From the NCBI GenBank assembly GCA_965214605.1, contig OZ243961.1:3040001-3104000 (forward strand): 64,000 nucleotides of DNA. The letters run 5' to 3'. Position numbers and translations under genes: made by a program. Source of the DNA: an uncultured Candidatus Binatia bacterium (GTDB lineage Bacteria; Desulfobacterota; Binatia; Bin18). This document shows positions 52,944-63,214 of the stretch, in pieces (within the stretch, counting starts at the first letter, position 1; the number at the start of each line of letters is the position of its first letter). The notes under the pieces are model-generated. The model did no database searches, was not told the origin of the DNA, and saw nothing but the letters and a program-made list of their open reading frames with translations.

Positions 52944-54236
52944 TCAGATCAGCAATGAATTGCACTGCGATAAAACCGTTGGGGAGATCTCCGATGGACG
53001 TTGAGAAGAAAGCAAAAGCACCAAGCCAATCCCAAATTTCCGGCCTTCCCGCGCGATACGCTCGAATGTTCGGCAGCAAGTACGTCCCGGAGCAGGCGCT
53101 CCTTCTGACGTCAGCTCTCGATGCACAAACGCGTGTGCCTCATCAAGAACCAGAACAGTCGGAAGCTCGCTGCCCGCCCAGCGGCGGTGCCGTTTCACCG
53201 TTTCAAAAACCATTCGCGCAAGAACAGCGCCGATTACATGAACGGACTCGGACGGTACCAAGGAGAGATCAAGCACTGCCAGCGGGCCATTGGCGGCTTG
53301 GTCGGTACCGAGGACTCCGCCAGCCAATTAGCCAAGCGCATCGAACTTGCGTCATCTGGAGCCGCAATATCTGCCAGCGGGCCTGCCGCGAAAAGGCCGT
53401 GGATTCACAGATTCAACGAATCCACGAACTGCGAGATGGCCCGGCCCGTCACGTCTGCAGCAAGCGCTTCGACGAAAGCGGGAAGCTCACCTACTGGAGT
53501 ACTTCGGTGTATCTTCCCCAGATGTAAAGCTCTTCATTAGCCAAACCTGGGCTGTTCCGCCACCGCTCCCAGCGCCTTATTGTACTTCGCCGAGCGCAGC
53601 CTCTGCAAAATCGTTGTGCCAGAACCCGTCCTCCGCTTTCTGCCGGCCCCTAACCGATTCTTCAACCTCTTGAGCTCGTGCGGCTACCGCCTCCAACCGC
53701 GAGCGCACAGGATCCGGTGCTTGCCGGCCTAAGTCATCGAAGTCCGACGCCACATTTTCCAATAGCTGTGCTACCCCCTCTCTTCGTCCTTTCTGATGAT
53801 GTTCACCGCCTTGTATTCTCCCTGACAGTTCCGTGCGATATCGCCTGACGCGTCCACGGATCTTCGTCGCCGGCACGTCGGGTTCGCCTGCCCCGGATCT
53901 GAAACGCCGAATAGCATCAAATAGAATCGGCCGTTGCACTCCTGGGGCAGCACCTGTAAATGCGGCCCATTCATCCCCATTCCACAGCCACGCCGGTACT
54001 TTGAGCTGTGCTGCGTCATCCTTCGCTTCTACCTGAAAAATACGAGGGTTTAAGTCTGTGAACGCTCTCGAATACTCCCCATTCGGGTCCAGTACGATGA
54101 ACCGAGCGTTCGGCATGCCCGAAATGCGCGCCTGTTGCGCAGCCTCTAACGACCAACGAATAAGGCCGGCGACCGTGCATGACTTCCCGGCGCCTGTATT
54201 GCCCAGCACAGCAAGGTGCCTTCTAAACAGCTTGTG
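52944..54236 (-). pseudogene. HerA/DUF87 ATPase remnant
   Basis: RHLAVLGNTGAGKS, VLDPNGEY, LVLDEAHAFV, RIAREGRKFG, SQRPSEISPTVLSQCN. Confidence 0.75.
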
Positions 54237-55672
54237 CGGTACCTCGTCATTAGGCACGCCCGCCGCGATAGCGTGCTGGCGTACCCGCGCCATCGCTTCG
54301 CCCACCAGATCTGAGAAGGTCGTGAGCGCGACGAGTTGGCGGGCGATGAGAGGGCGCCGTAGGTGGTCAGGCCGTAATGCGGCGTCTTGAAATCGCGCGG
54401 ATTCTCAGGCAGCGCCATCTCCGGCCTCCATTCGGACCTCGCTTTGCGTGCTGCCGCCTCGTGTTCCGGCGTCGGCGAGAGGTAAACTCGGCCACGGTCG
54501 CCCTCAGCAACAATCGCCATCAGACGGGTGCGCATGCGCCCGGCCTTACCCTCAATATAGTCCGGCCCGATCTGTGTCCCGGACATCAGGCAGCGGAAAT
54601 TCGCACCACGGGCGCGCTTCGTACCCGCCTTCGCCACCTTGGGGTCCTTCGGCTTCCCTACCTTCACGGTGAACCGGTACCCGCCAGGCTCAATCACCGG
54701 CTCGACATAGGCTTCCTTACCCTTCTTGGTCGACAGCATGAAGGTCGAGGCTAGCGGGACTTCCACTTCCGCAAAGGCCGGGTTCGGACTCCTGACCGTG
54801 CGCACCCAGAGCCAGGCGATCACGGTCAGCTGCCGGCTGACGTAAGGCTGCAAATCAGGCCGCTCATGCGCCATCTCGGCGGTGATCTCGGCCTTCGGAT
54901 AGAGAGGCCCGATACGCCGCTCCGCCTCTTTGCGCATCCCCTCGCCGTAGGCGCGCACCTCCTCGGCCAGCCCCTCCGCGCCCCGCCGCTGCCGGGACAA
55001 CAGCTCCTCGTCCCCGCGCACCGCCAGGCTGACCGGCGGCCTGCCGACGAACTTCGACGGGACCTCGATCAGCGCCTTGGTGAGCAGCACCGCCACCGGG
55101 TTCAGGTCGCTGGCGTGGGCCTCAAGGCCGAGCCGTTGGGCCTCGAGCGGCAGCGCCCCCCCACCGGCAAAGGGGTCATGAAAGGCGGGCAACCTGGTAC
55201 GATCAAATAACTCTTTGGCCCTGGGATGGTCGGCATTGTGCGCGCAGGCGCGCCGCCAGCTGTGCCGGATCTCGCCGCGCGCCTTCTCCAGGACCGACGC
55301 ATTGGTCGTATTCTCCCACAGGACCAGCTCTTCTAGGAGGCCGAACAGACGAGCACGCTCGATCTCTGCGATGACCTCCTCAAGCGTCGGCGCCGGCTCG
55401 GGAATTGCGTCCGTATCGGCGAGAGCCTGCTTCGCCGTATGCTCGTCCAGCCGTTTCCGCAAGTGCTGTTCTGCCGCCTGTTTCTTCTTTGGCTCTGAGA
55501 GCAGCTCCTCCACATAGGCAGAGGGGTCATCGACCAGCTGCGCGAAGAGTACCGCCCGCGCCGTCGCTAAAGGCTTACGCGCCCACCACAGGTGCAACCA
55601 GCGCCTGCTCGACTTCTAGTTGATCGCATCAAGCGGCAGGGCGACTTCGATCAGCTTCTTGTTCGATTTCAT
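54237..55672 (-). pseudogene. DUF1156 adenine DNA methyltransferase, N-terminal half
   Basis: KKLIEVALPLDAIN*, HLWWARKPLA, HDPFAGGGALPLEAQRLG, DLNPVA; truncated before the catalytic DPPY. Confidence 0.8.
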
Positions 55673-55981
55673 TGCCGAGAGCTCCGATTGATCCGTTCGA
55701 ACTCAGAGTCGCCAAGCCCGGTCGCCTGGACCCCAGATGACCGGAAACGGGTTTCCACGTCGAATAGAGAATACCTCAAAAGGATTGCACTTATGCCGAT
55801 CATGCTTCTTTGGAAGACTTGGAGGAGTTTTTGCTCCGAGGTTCTGGCTCCTCCGCTCAACCTGCAAGGCATGTCGTCTACGCCGATCAGAAGTCGGCTG
55901 TCCCTCCTTCGAAAACGAATCACTGTGCGGTTAAATTTGCCGGCCGGCAAAGGCAGTCGGACGAGGGCTGGCAGGCTTTTC

Positions 55982-56093
55982 TTCGCGTTTCGCGAATCGT
56001 GCCTACCTGGAGCCCAGACTACCCCCATCCCTAAATCCGGACACGCTGGCCACCTAACTCATTGATTTATCGGCAGAGGAGGGAGGACTCCAA
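55982..56093. repeat. Degenerate copy of the island end + tRNA-Ser 3' end
   Basis: Aligns with 58269..58392 (CTGGAGCCC..AGACT..CCCCATCCCTAAA..GACACGCTGGCCACC.AAC.CATTGATT.AT.GGC.GAG..GGAG). Confidence 0.8.
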
Positions 56094-56182
56094 AAGGCAA
56101 TGCAACCGCCTGAGATAGATAAACAAACTCAGTTACACAAAAAACTATTACCCAGATTGTTACGCAGTGTGTTGCTCGTATC

Positions 56183-56545
56183 TCAATACTGTTGTGGTTT
56201 AGATTCCTGTTTAATAATCTCCTGAATACCACGCCCTACATCTATAAGAGTAGTACCTATATCCTCAAAAATCTTATCTTGATTTTTAATGCTTTCCATC
56301 GTTGCCTCATGTTGCATCTTGAGAATTATCATCGTTTCTTCATGTCGCTTCTGTGAGTCTTCATGTCGCTTCTGTGAGTCTTCACGTTGTAATTGGAACA
56401 TCGCCATAGTTTCGTCGTGCTGCTGAGATCGTTTCTCACTGCTGTTTTCCATCGCGTTGATTCCTCGATTAATCAACCAAAGTTGTGCGATTCCTAGAGC
56501 ACCTGATACTAAAACCGGCAAGAATATTTCTACAAAATAGAACAT
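56183..56545 (-). CDS. AT-rich membrane-anchored coiled-coil protein with a heptad repeat
   Basis: N-terminal TM helix; 21-bp tandem repeat encoding EDSQKRH twice. Confidence 0.6.
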   Translation of the reverse strand: MFYFVEIFLPVLVSGALGIAQLWLINRGINAMENSSEKRSQQHDETMAMFQLQREDSQKRHEDSQKRHEETMIILKMQHEATMESIKNQDKIFEDIGTTLIDVGRGIQEIIKQESKPQQY

Positions 56546-56662
56546 CGCGCTACTTTCCACTTCCTTACCTGATGCCGAAATGTCAAGCGCCAGCCCAAGA
56601 TCCTCTGATTGTCTTGTCAACGATATTCTTCACATTTTTTAGACGCTTTGAGCTACTTGTCT

Positions 56663-58150
56663 TCATCTCACACCGACCGCATCCGTTTCCTCCTTGAGCA
56701 CCCCCCGGACGTCCACAAGATGCTTCTCGACAAACCGAATGCTTCCCACCTCCTGACCTAGCTTGACAGGAACGACCAACTCCTCTGACGAACAGATGTT
56801 CGTACGAACGACGGCCGCGGTCTCGTTATCCCGCTTGACGAACTCCTTGTACTTCGCTGCACATATTGGGCAAAGCGCCAGTTTCTTCCACCAATCGCTA
56901 TCACCGACCCGAGGCAGTACGTCCGCCAAAAAGGCACACAGCTCAATGGAGGTATCCTTCAAGAGAGCATCTATGCTTCGACTCACGACGGTGCTCCCCT
57001 GTCCGTTGCCCTACCGCCGTCAAGGATGACGAATCCCACGCTAATCCTCCCCAAGCAGCACGGAGTCAATGATCTGGGCAATGCGGCTTGCATCCAGACC
57101 ACCGCCAAGGTCGGCCTGAGTTTTGGTCAGCGTACCTTATTGCGAGCTTCCAGGGCAAGCCTTTGAACTTCTTCGTCTTGTATTGTCCGACGACGATGCT
57201 CAGAGTGCCGTTGGCAGTGTAAGCCTCGCCGTCTGGCTTAGGATAAACATCGCGCCATCGTTGATTTATAACGTTGATGACCTTGTCGCCATAGAGGATC
57301 CCTTGCGCCCGAACGGCCGCGGAATCGTACGCTTCCATCCCTCAGCTTCTGCGAAAGCTCGTCAGCGGCTGTGGAAGTGCTCCTGTAGAGTTCTTATTGA
57401 GCGCATCCACGCCCTTCGAGGCCGTTGATGAGTTCAGCTTGAATCTTCCGCGTTAGGTCTAGCGGAGCGGTCCACTGCACTGCCCGGAGGCTTTCACTCC
57501 CGCCGGTTGTGAGCCTCGCCAAAATGCACGAGCAGGCAGGAAAGCTCGGCGACACGCACTGTCTAGAGGCTTTCACTCCCGCCGGTTGTGAGGGTGTCCC
57601 AGACTTCGTTAGCGCCAGGATCGAGAGGACGACCGCTAAAGTGAGAGGCGAGCAGCACGTCAGGGCGGCTCGCCGAAGTCTGGCGACGGATAATGGTCAG
57701 CTCGGCGTAGCTCGGGGCGCACTTCGGGAGGATGCCTTCTACATTCTCTACGGTGAGCTCGGTCACGATATCCACAAAGGGCCTTCCGGATCCAATGGGC
57801 GAAAGCTGTCTGGGGGTCTCCGGCGAGGGGACGTAGCGCTCGACGTTTGTGAACGTGTCGAACAACGCTGCTAGCTGGTCCTCCGTGAGCATCGGACATG
57901 CATCGACGATCGCAGTCTTGTAGTCGCCGTAACGCGGCGCGATTCGGGAAATAGGCTTCTGTTTCGCCGTTGTAGAGGCGATAGCCATTCAAAAATTGCG
58001 CAAGTGCGCAGCCGGAACCACGCTGCCCTGTCTGTTCTTCGCTCCGCCCGCGCGCCTTGCCTGTTGGCACTAGAAGCAACACACCCTTGATCTTCTACTC
58101 CGGGCAGCCGACAGAGCATCATCAGTAATATGGTCTTGCCGGTGTTCAAA
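56663..58150 (-). pseudogene. Mosaic of gene fragments (RecD-like helicase piece, HNH-like C-terminus, others)
   Basis: GVDALN...ILYGDKVINVIN...IVVGQYK; LALCPICAAKY...IRFVEKH. Confidence 0.4.
57477..57592. repeat. Two 37-bp direct repeats (27-bp identical core) with a 42-bp spacer
   Basis: GAGGCTTTCACTCCCGCCGGTTGTGAG at 57487 and 57566. Confidence 0.85.
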
Positions 58151-58369
58151 CGCGTGCCGTGCGTTCAACGCAAGTCAGGAGTCGTTTGTACGACCTCTGA
58201 AAGCGAATGACCAGCAGTTGAAACTGCGCGCTGACCACGGTGCGCTGTCAGATGGGGCGGATCGGGCTTTCGTGTCTCGCGAATTGTGTCCGAAATCGTG
58301 TCTAACTGGAGCCCCAGACTGCCCCATCCCTAAAATGAGACACGCTGGCCACCCAACCCATTGATTCAT

Positions 58370-58459
<90 letters not shown>

Positions 58460-58606
58460 TGCAGTGCATGGGGTTGTACCACCTCCGGGTTGGGATCGCA
58501 AGAAACTGATGGGTGAAGACGGCGTTTTGAGGGGCGAGTTTACCGTACTGGCTTGACACCCCTAGCGCCCTCTGTTTTTATGCCTCGGGCATATGTTGAG
58601 GGGAGT

Positions 58607-58960
58607 ATGGAGCAGTATGTTCCGGTCCTGATAGCGCTGATCTTAGCCGGGGTAGTCGCCGGGGCCATGGTCTTTGCCAGCACCCTGTTTGGCCCCAAGC
58701 AACATTCTGCGGTCAAAGATGAGCCGTTTGAGTGCGGTAATCCGTCGAGCGGTTCGGCCTGGGGGAGATTCTCGGTCAAGTTCTACCTGGTCGCCATTCT
58801 TTTCATTGTGTTTGACGTTGAGGTCGTGTTTCTCTACCCGTGGGCGGTGGTGTTTCGGCGGCTCGGACTGTTCGGCTTTGTCGAGATGCTGGTGTTCGTC
58901 CTGATTCTGGCGGTTGGGTTGGTGTATGTGATTAAGAAGGGGGCGCTCGAATCGGCCTAG
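58607..58960 (+). CDS. nuoA: NADH-quinone oxidoreductase subunit A
   Basis: EPFECG, RFSVKFYLVAILFIVFDVEVVFLYPWA. Confidence 0.96.
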   Translation: MEQYVPVLIALILAGVVAGAMVFASTLFGPKQHSAVKDEPFECGNPSSGSAWGRFSVKFYLVAILFIVFDVEVVFLYPWAVVFRRLGLFGFVEMLVFVLILAVGLVYVIKKGALESA

Positions 58961-58982
58961 GCAAAAGACGAGCGAGACGGCC

Positions 58983-59483
58983 ATGGAGCTGCTGAGCAAA
59001 GCTGAGAGCGCCTTTCCGGGGAAGATTGTTGAGAGTCATGCCCAGCACGACAACGCCACGATTGTGCTTGAGCGGGCCGACCTGATTGCGGTTCTTAGCG
59101 GCCTCAGAGACGCTCCCGAGTTTGCCTTTAATATGCTGGTTGATCTGAGTGCGGTCGACTTTTTTGGTCGGGAGCCGCGCTTTGAGGTGGTCTACCACTT
59201 GTATTCCTTGCGGCTCAATCACCGCCTGCGGGTCAAGGTCCGGGTGGCCGAGGATGAGGCCTGGCTGCCGTCAGTGGCCGAGCTATGGAAGGCGGCCAAC
59301 TGGCTGGAACGTGAGGTATGGGACATGTTTGGGGTGTCTTTTCGTGATCATCCTAAGCTGACCCGCATTTTGATGTACGAAGAGTTTCAGGGCCATCCGC
59401 TACGTAAAGATTACCCAGTCGATAAGCGTCAGCCCCTAGTCGAAGAGCGCGATCCAATTGCCAACCCGTGGAATAAAAAGTAA
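58983..59483 (+). CDS. nuoC: NADH-quinone oxidoreductase subunit C
   Basis: RFEVVYHLYS, ANWLEREVWDMFG, GHPLRKDYP. Confidence 0.96.
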   Translation: MELLSKAESAFPGKIVESHAQHDNATIVLERADLIAVLSGLRDAPEFAFNMLVDLSAVDFFGREPRFEVVYHLYSLRLNHRLRVKVRVAEDEAWLPSVAELWKAANWLEREVWDMFGVSFRDHPKLTRILMYEEFQGHPLRKDYPVDKRQPLVEERDPIANPWNKK

Positions 59484-59484
59484 T

Positions 59485-60702
59485 ATGGCACAAGAGCCCC
59501 CCCCAGCCGCCGACATCCCCGACAGCCTTGACCCGACCTCAGAGGTGATGTCGTTGCAGATGGGGCCATCCCATCCAGCCACTCACGGCACGATTAAGTT
59601 TGATCTGACCCTCGACGGCGAAAAAATCCTCAACCTAGAGACCGAGATCGGCTATCTGCACCGCGGGTTTGAGAAGATGTGCGAGCAGCGCACCTGGAAT
59701 CACGTTGTGCCGTATACCGACCGGCTCAACTACGCCTCGCCGCTAATCAATAATGTGGCGTTTGCCCTGGCGGCCGAAAAACTGCTGGAAATCGAGGTGC
59801 CGGAACGCTGTCAGTACATCCGGACCATCATGAGCGAAATCTCGCGCATCACCGACCACATGACGTGTTTGGGCATGGCCGCGGCCGAGGCCGGTGCCAT
59901 CTCGGTCGGCTTCTATATGATGGAGACACGCGAGACGCTCTACGACCTCGTCTCGGCCGTAACCGGGGCACGGCTGACCGTTAGCTATGCCCGGGTCGGT
60001 GGGGTGACCCAGGATATCCCCCACGGGTTTGCCGAGCGGGTGCGGAGCGCGTTTGGCGATATCGACAAAATTCTGTCCGACTGCGATCAACTGCTGACAA
60101 AGAACCGGATTTTTATTGAGCGCATGTCCGGGGTCGGCGCGATCTCTCAACACGACGCGGTGTCCTACAGCCTAACCGGCCCGCTGTTACGGGCGACCGG
60201 CATTCCGCACGATATCCGCCGCTCCCAACCGTATTTGGTCTATGATCGGCTCGACTTCGATATTCCGACCGGCAGCCAGGGCGACAATTACGACCGTTTT
60301 GCGGTGCGCTTTGAAGAACTCAGGCAGAGCAAGCGCATCATTGAGCAAGCCCTTGAGCAACTGCCCGAGGGGCCGGTCCGGGTCGACGACCCCCGTATCA
60401 GCCTGCCCGACAAAAGAGAGGTCTACGGCAATATCGAGGGGCTCATGAACCACTTCAAACTGGTCATTGAGGGGGTAAAAATCCCACCCGGTGAGGTCTA
60501 TCTCCCGGTCGAGGGAGCGAACGGGGAGCTTGGTTTCTACCTGGTCAGCGACGGCAGTGGCCGGCCATACCGCGTCCGGGTCCGCCCGCCGTGTTTTTTT
60601 GGCATGGCCGCGCTTGGCACAATGCTCAAAGGCCACCTAGTATCCGATATCATCACCACCTTCGGGATGGTCAATATGATTGGTGGAGAGTGCGATAGAT
60701 AG
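59485..60702 (+). CDS. nuoD: NADH-quinone oxidoreductase subunit D
   Basis: MGPSHPATHG, IGYLHRGFEK, DRLNY, GECDR. Confidence 0.96.
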   Translation: MAQEPPPAADIPDSLDPTSEVMSLQMGPSHPATHGTIKFDLTLDGEKILNLETEIGYLHRGFEKMCEQRTWNHVVPYTDRLNYASPLINNVAFALAAEKLLEIEVPERCQYIRTIMSEISRITDHMTCLGMAAAEAGAISVGFYMMETRETLYDLVSAVTGARLTVSYARVGGVTQDIPHGFAERVRSAFGDIDKILSDCDQLLTKNRIFIERMSGVGAISQHDAVSYSLTGPLLRATGIPHDIRRSQPYLVYDRLDFDIPTGSQGDNYDRFAVRFEELRQSKRIIEQALEQLPEGPVRVDDPRISLPDKREVYGNIEGLMNHFKLVIEGVKIPPGEVYLPVEGANGELGFYLVSDGSGRPYRVRVRPPCFFGMAALGTMLKGHLVSDIITTFGMVNMIGGECDR

Positions 60703-60727
60703 GCTGACTCAGCACCCGGGACTCGGC

Positions 60728-61210
60728 ATGTCCGTACAATTCTCAGACGAGACCTATACACGCTTTAAAGAAATCCTGAGCCACTATCCGACCAAACAGG
60801 CGGCCATTTTGCCGACGTTTTGGTTGGCCCAGGAGGAGTTTGGCTATTTGAGCCTGGAGGTCATGGAGTATATTGCCGACCTCCTTGATCTGTCACCCGC
60901 GTATGTGGCTTCGGTCGCCTCGTTCTATACGATGCTGTACAAGAAGCCGATGGGCCGGTTTCACCTCCAGGTGTGCACGAATCTGCCGTGTCGCCTGCGA
61001 GGCGCAGCCCGGATTGTGGACTGTGCCCAGGACAAGCTCGGCATTAGGCCGGGTCAGACCACGCCCGATCAGGTCTTTTCGCTCAGTGAGGTCGAGTGCC
61101 TAGGCTCGTGTGGCACGGCCCCGGTTGTCCAGGTCAACGACGACTACCACGAAAACCTGACCCCGGACCAGGTGGTGCGCTTAATCGAGGGTTTAGCGGA
61201 GAAAACGTAG
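60728..61210 (+). CDS. nuoE: NADH-quinone oxidoreductase subunit E
   Basis: VASFYTM, CTNLPC, ECLGSC 2Fe-2S ligands. Confidence 0.94.
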   Translation: MSVQFSDETYTRFKEILSHYPTKQAAILPTFWLAQEEFGYLSLEVMEYIADLLDLSPAYVASVASFYTMLYKKPMGRFHLQVCTNLPCRLRGAARIVDCAQDKLGIRPGQTTPDQVFSLSEVECLGSCGTAPVVQVNDDYHENLTPDQVVRLIEGLAEKT

Positions 61211-61288
61211 ACACACAGGGGGAGAGAACACACCCGCCGCGCAGCAAGACTCCCCCGCACCCTCTCCCTGCAGAGAGAAAACAGACGC

Positions 61289-62380
61289 ATGTTGGATTTT
61301 ATCGTCTCTTTTACGCTCACCCTGCTTGTCCTCTTCATGGTCATCAACCTTGGCGGGCTGCTGCTGTGGGTTGAGCGCAAAGGCAGCGCGGTGTTGCAGG
61401 ACCGGATTGGTGCTAACCGGGCCGCTATTTTTGGCAAGCTGCCGTTTAATTTCGGCCTGATCAACACGCTGGTTGCCGATCCCATCAAACTGATTACCAA
61501 AGAAGATTTTATCCCGCCCGGGGCTGACCGCCTGTTGCATACCCTGGCCCCGATTATTGCCCTGCTACCGATTCTGATTACGTTTCTGGTGATCCCGTTC
61601 GGGGATGTGCTGATCGTCGGCGAGCGGACAATTTCCCTTCAGGCCGCCTCGCTCAACGTCGGCCTGCTCTACGTCTTGGCCATGGTGTCGCTGGGGGTGT
61701 ACGGCGTGGTGCTGGGCGGCTGGGCGTCCAATAACCGTTGGGCCTTGCTGGGCGGCATTCGCGGCTCGGCCCAGATGATTTCGTATGAAATTGCCATGGG
61801 TCTGTCGCTGATCGGCGTGGTGCTGAGCTTTGGCACGCTCGACTTACAGGACATCTCGCGCGCTCAGGGCGAGTTGTGGGGCGGAGTGATCCCGGCCTGG
61901 GGTGTTTTTTTGCAGCCGGTCGCCTTCTTTATCTTCATGACGGCCGGGATTGCCGAGAGCAAACGCAACCCGTTTGATCTGCCGGAGGCCGAGTCGGAGC
62001 TGATCTCGGGCTATTTTACCGAGTACTCGGGCATGAAGCAGGCGACCTTCATGTTGGTCGATTTTGTTGAGGTCGTGGTGGTCGCCGCGCTGGTGACTAC
62101 GTTGTTTTTTGGCGGCTGGCAGATTCCTTTTTTGGGCCGTGAGGGGTTTGCGTTTCCGGGTGGCGTGAGTCTTGGTCTGCCCTCGCTGCTCGTCAGCCTG
62201 CTGCAGGTCGGCGCCTTTACCCTTAAAGTCGTCTTCTTCTGCTGGCTCCAAATTATGATTCGCTGGACCCTGCCCCGCTTTCGCTACGATCAGCTCATCA
62301 ACCTGGGCTGGAAAATATTGTTGCCGATTGCCTTGGTCAACGTGATGGCCACCGCGCTGGTCATCCTCTTGGTGCAATAA
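61289..62380 (+). CDS. nuoH: NADH-quinone oxidoreductase subunit H
   Basis: ERK...QDRIG, AQMISYE, PFDLPEAESEL, PRFRYDQL. Confidence 0.96.
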   Translation: MLDFIVSFTLTLLVLFMVINLGGLLLWVERKGSAVLQDRIGANRAAIFGKLPFNFGLINTLVADPIKLITKEDFIPPGADRLLHTLAPIIALLPILITFLVIPFGDVLIVGERTISLQAASLNVGLLYVLAMVSLGVYGVVLGGWASNNRWALLGGIRGSAQMISYEIAMGLSLIGVVLSFGTLDLQDISRAQGELWGGVIPAWGVFLQPVAFFIFMTAGIAESKRNPFDLPEAESELISGYFTEYSGMKQATFMLVDFVEVVVVAALVTTLFFGGWQIPFLGREGFAFPGGVSLGLPSLLVSLLQVGAFTLKVVFFCWLQIMIRWTLPRFRYDQLINLGWKILLPIALVNVMATALVILLVQ

Positions 62381-62383
62381 GCT

Positions 62384-62875
62384 ATGGACCCGCTCACGTT
62401 TTTTGCTCTGGCTATTCCGTTGGTCCTTGTCGCCGGTCTGGTGGTCTTGCACCCCAACCCGGTCTACAGTGCCCTGTTTCTGGTCCTGACGCTGTTTCTG
62501 TTGGCGGTCTACTATCTGTTTCTAGAGGCCCATATGGTGGCGGTGTTGCAGATCATCGTATACGCCGGGGCGGTGATGGTCTTGTTCTTATTTGTGATTA
62601 TGCTGCTCAACCTCCAAACCGACCCCCAGCCACGGCTGCGCCGAGGGCTGAGCCGGGTCGCCCTGGGCGGCGGCGCGCTCTTACTCCTTGAGCTGTTTGT
62701 CCTGCTTGGCCGCACGCCGTCCGAGGGCCCGGCTGAGCTGCCGGAGGGGTTTGGGACGGTGACCGAGCTGAGCGAGCGACTGTTTACCGATTTTCTGATT
62801 CCGTTTGAAGTCACTTCGGTGTTGCTCTTGGTGGCCGTTGTCGGCGCGGTGGTCTTAGCCCAGCGTCAGACTTGA
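62384..62875 (+). CDS. nuoJ: NADH-quinone oxidoreductase subunit J
   Basis: NPVYSAL, QIIVYAGAVMVLFLFVIMLLN, PFEVTSVLLL. Confidence 0.95.
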   Translation: MDPLTFFALAIPLVLVAGLVVLHPNPVYSALFLVLTLFLLAVYYLFLEAHMVAVLQIIVYAGAVMVLFLFVIMLLNLQTDPQPRLRRGLSRVALGGGALLLLELFVLLGRTPSEGPAELPEGFGTVTELSERLFTDFLIPFEVTSVLLLVAVVGAVVLAQRQT

Positions 62876-62907
62876 AGACGCGCTCTTGACAGCTGAAAGC
62901 GAAACAC

Positions 62908-63210
62908 ATGGTTCCTATCGGTTATCACCTTGTCCTCAGCGCGCTCCTGTTCACCATTGGGGTGATAGGTGTCTTGGTCCGCCGCAACGTGATTATTATT
63001 TTTATGTCGATTGAACTCATGCTCAACGCGGTCAATCTGTCCTTTGTGGCCTTTGCCTACCACCTGGGCTCTATGGACGGACAGCTGAGCGTCTTTTTTG
63101 TGATGGCCGTGGCTGCGGCCGAGGCCGCGGTTGGACTGGCGATCGTGCTGCTCGTGTTTCGCGGCAAAGAGACGGTCAATGCGGATGAACTGACCCTGCT
63201 CCGGTGGTAA
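62908..63210 (+). CDS. nuoK: NADH-quinone oxidoreductase subunit K
   Basis: [25 protein letters not shown]. Confidence 0.96.
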   Translation: MVPIGYHLVLSALLFTIGVIGVLVRRNVIIIFMSIELMLNAVNLSFVAFAYHLGSMDGQLSVFFVMAVAAAEAAVGLAIVLLVFRGKETVNADELTLLRW

Positions 63211-63214
63211 GGCT

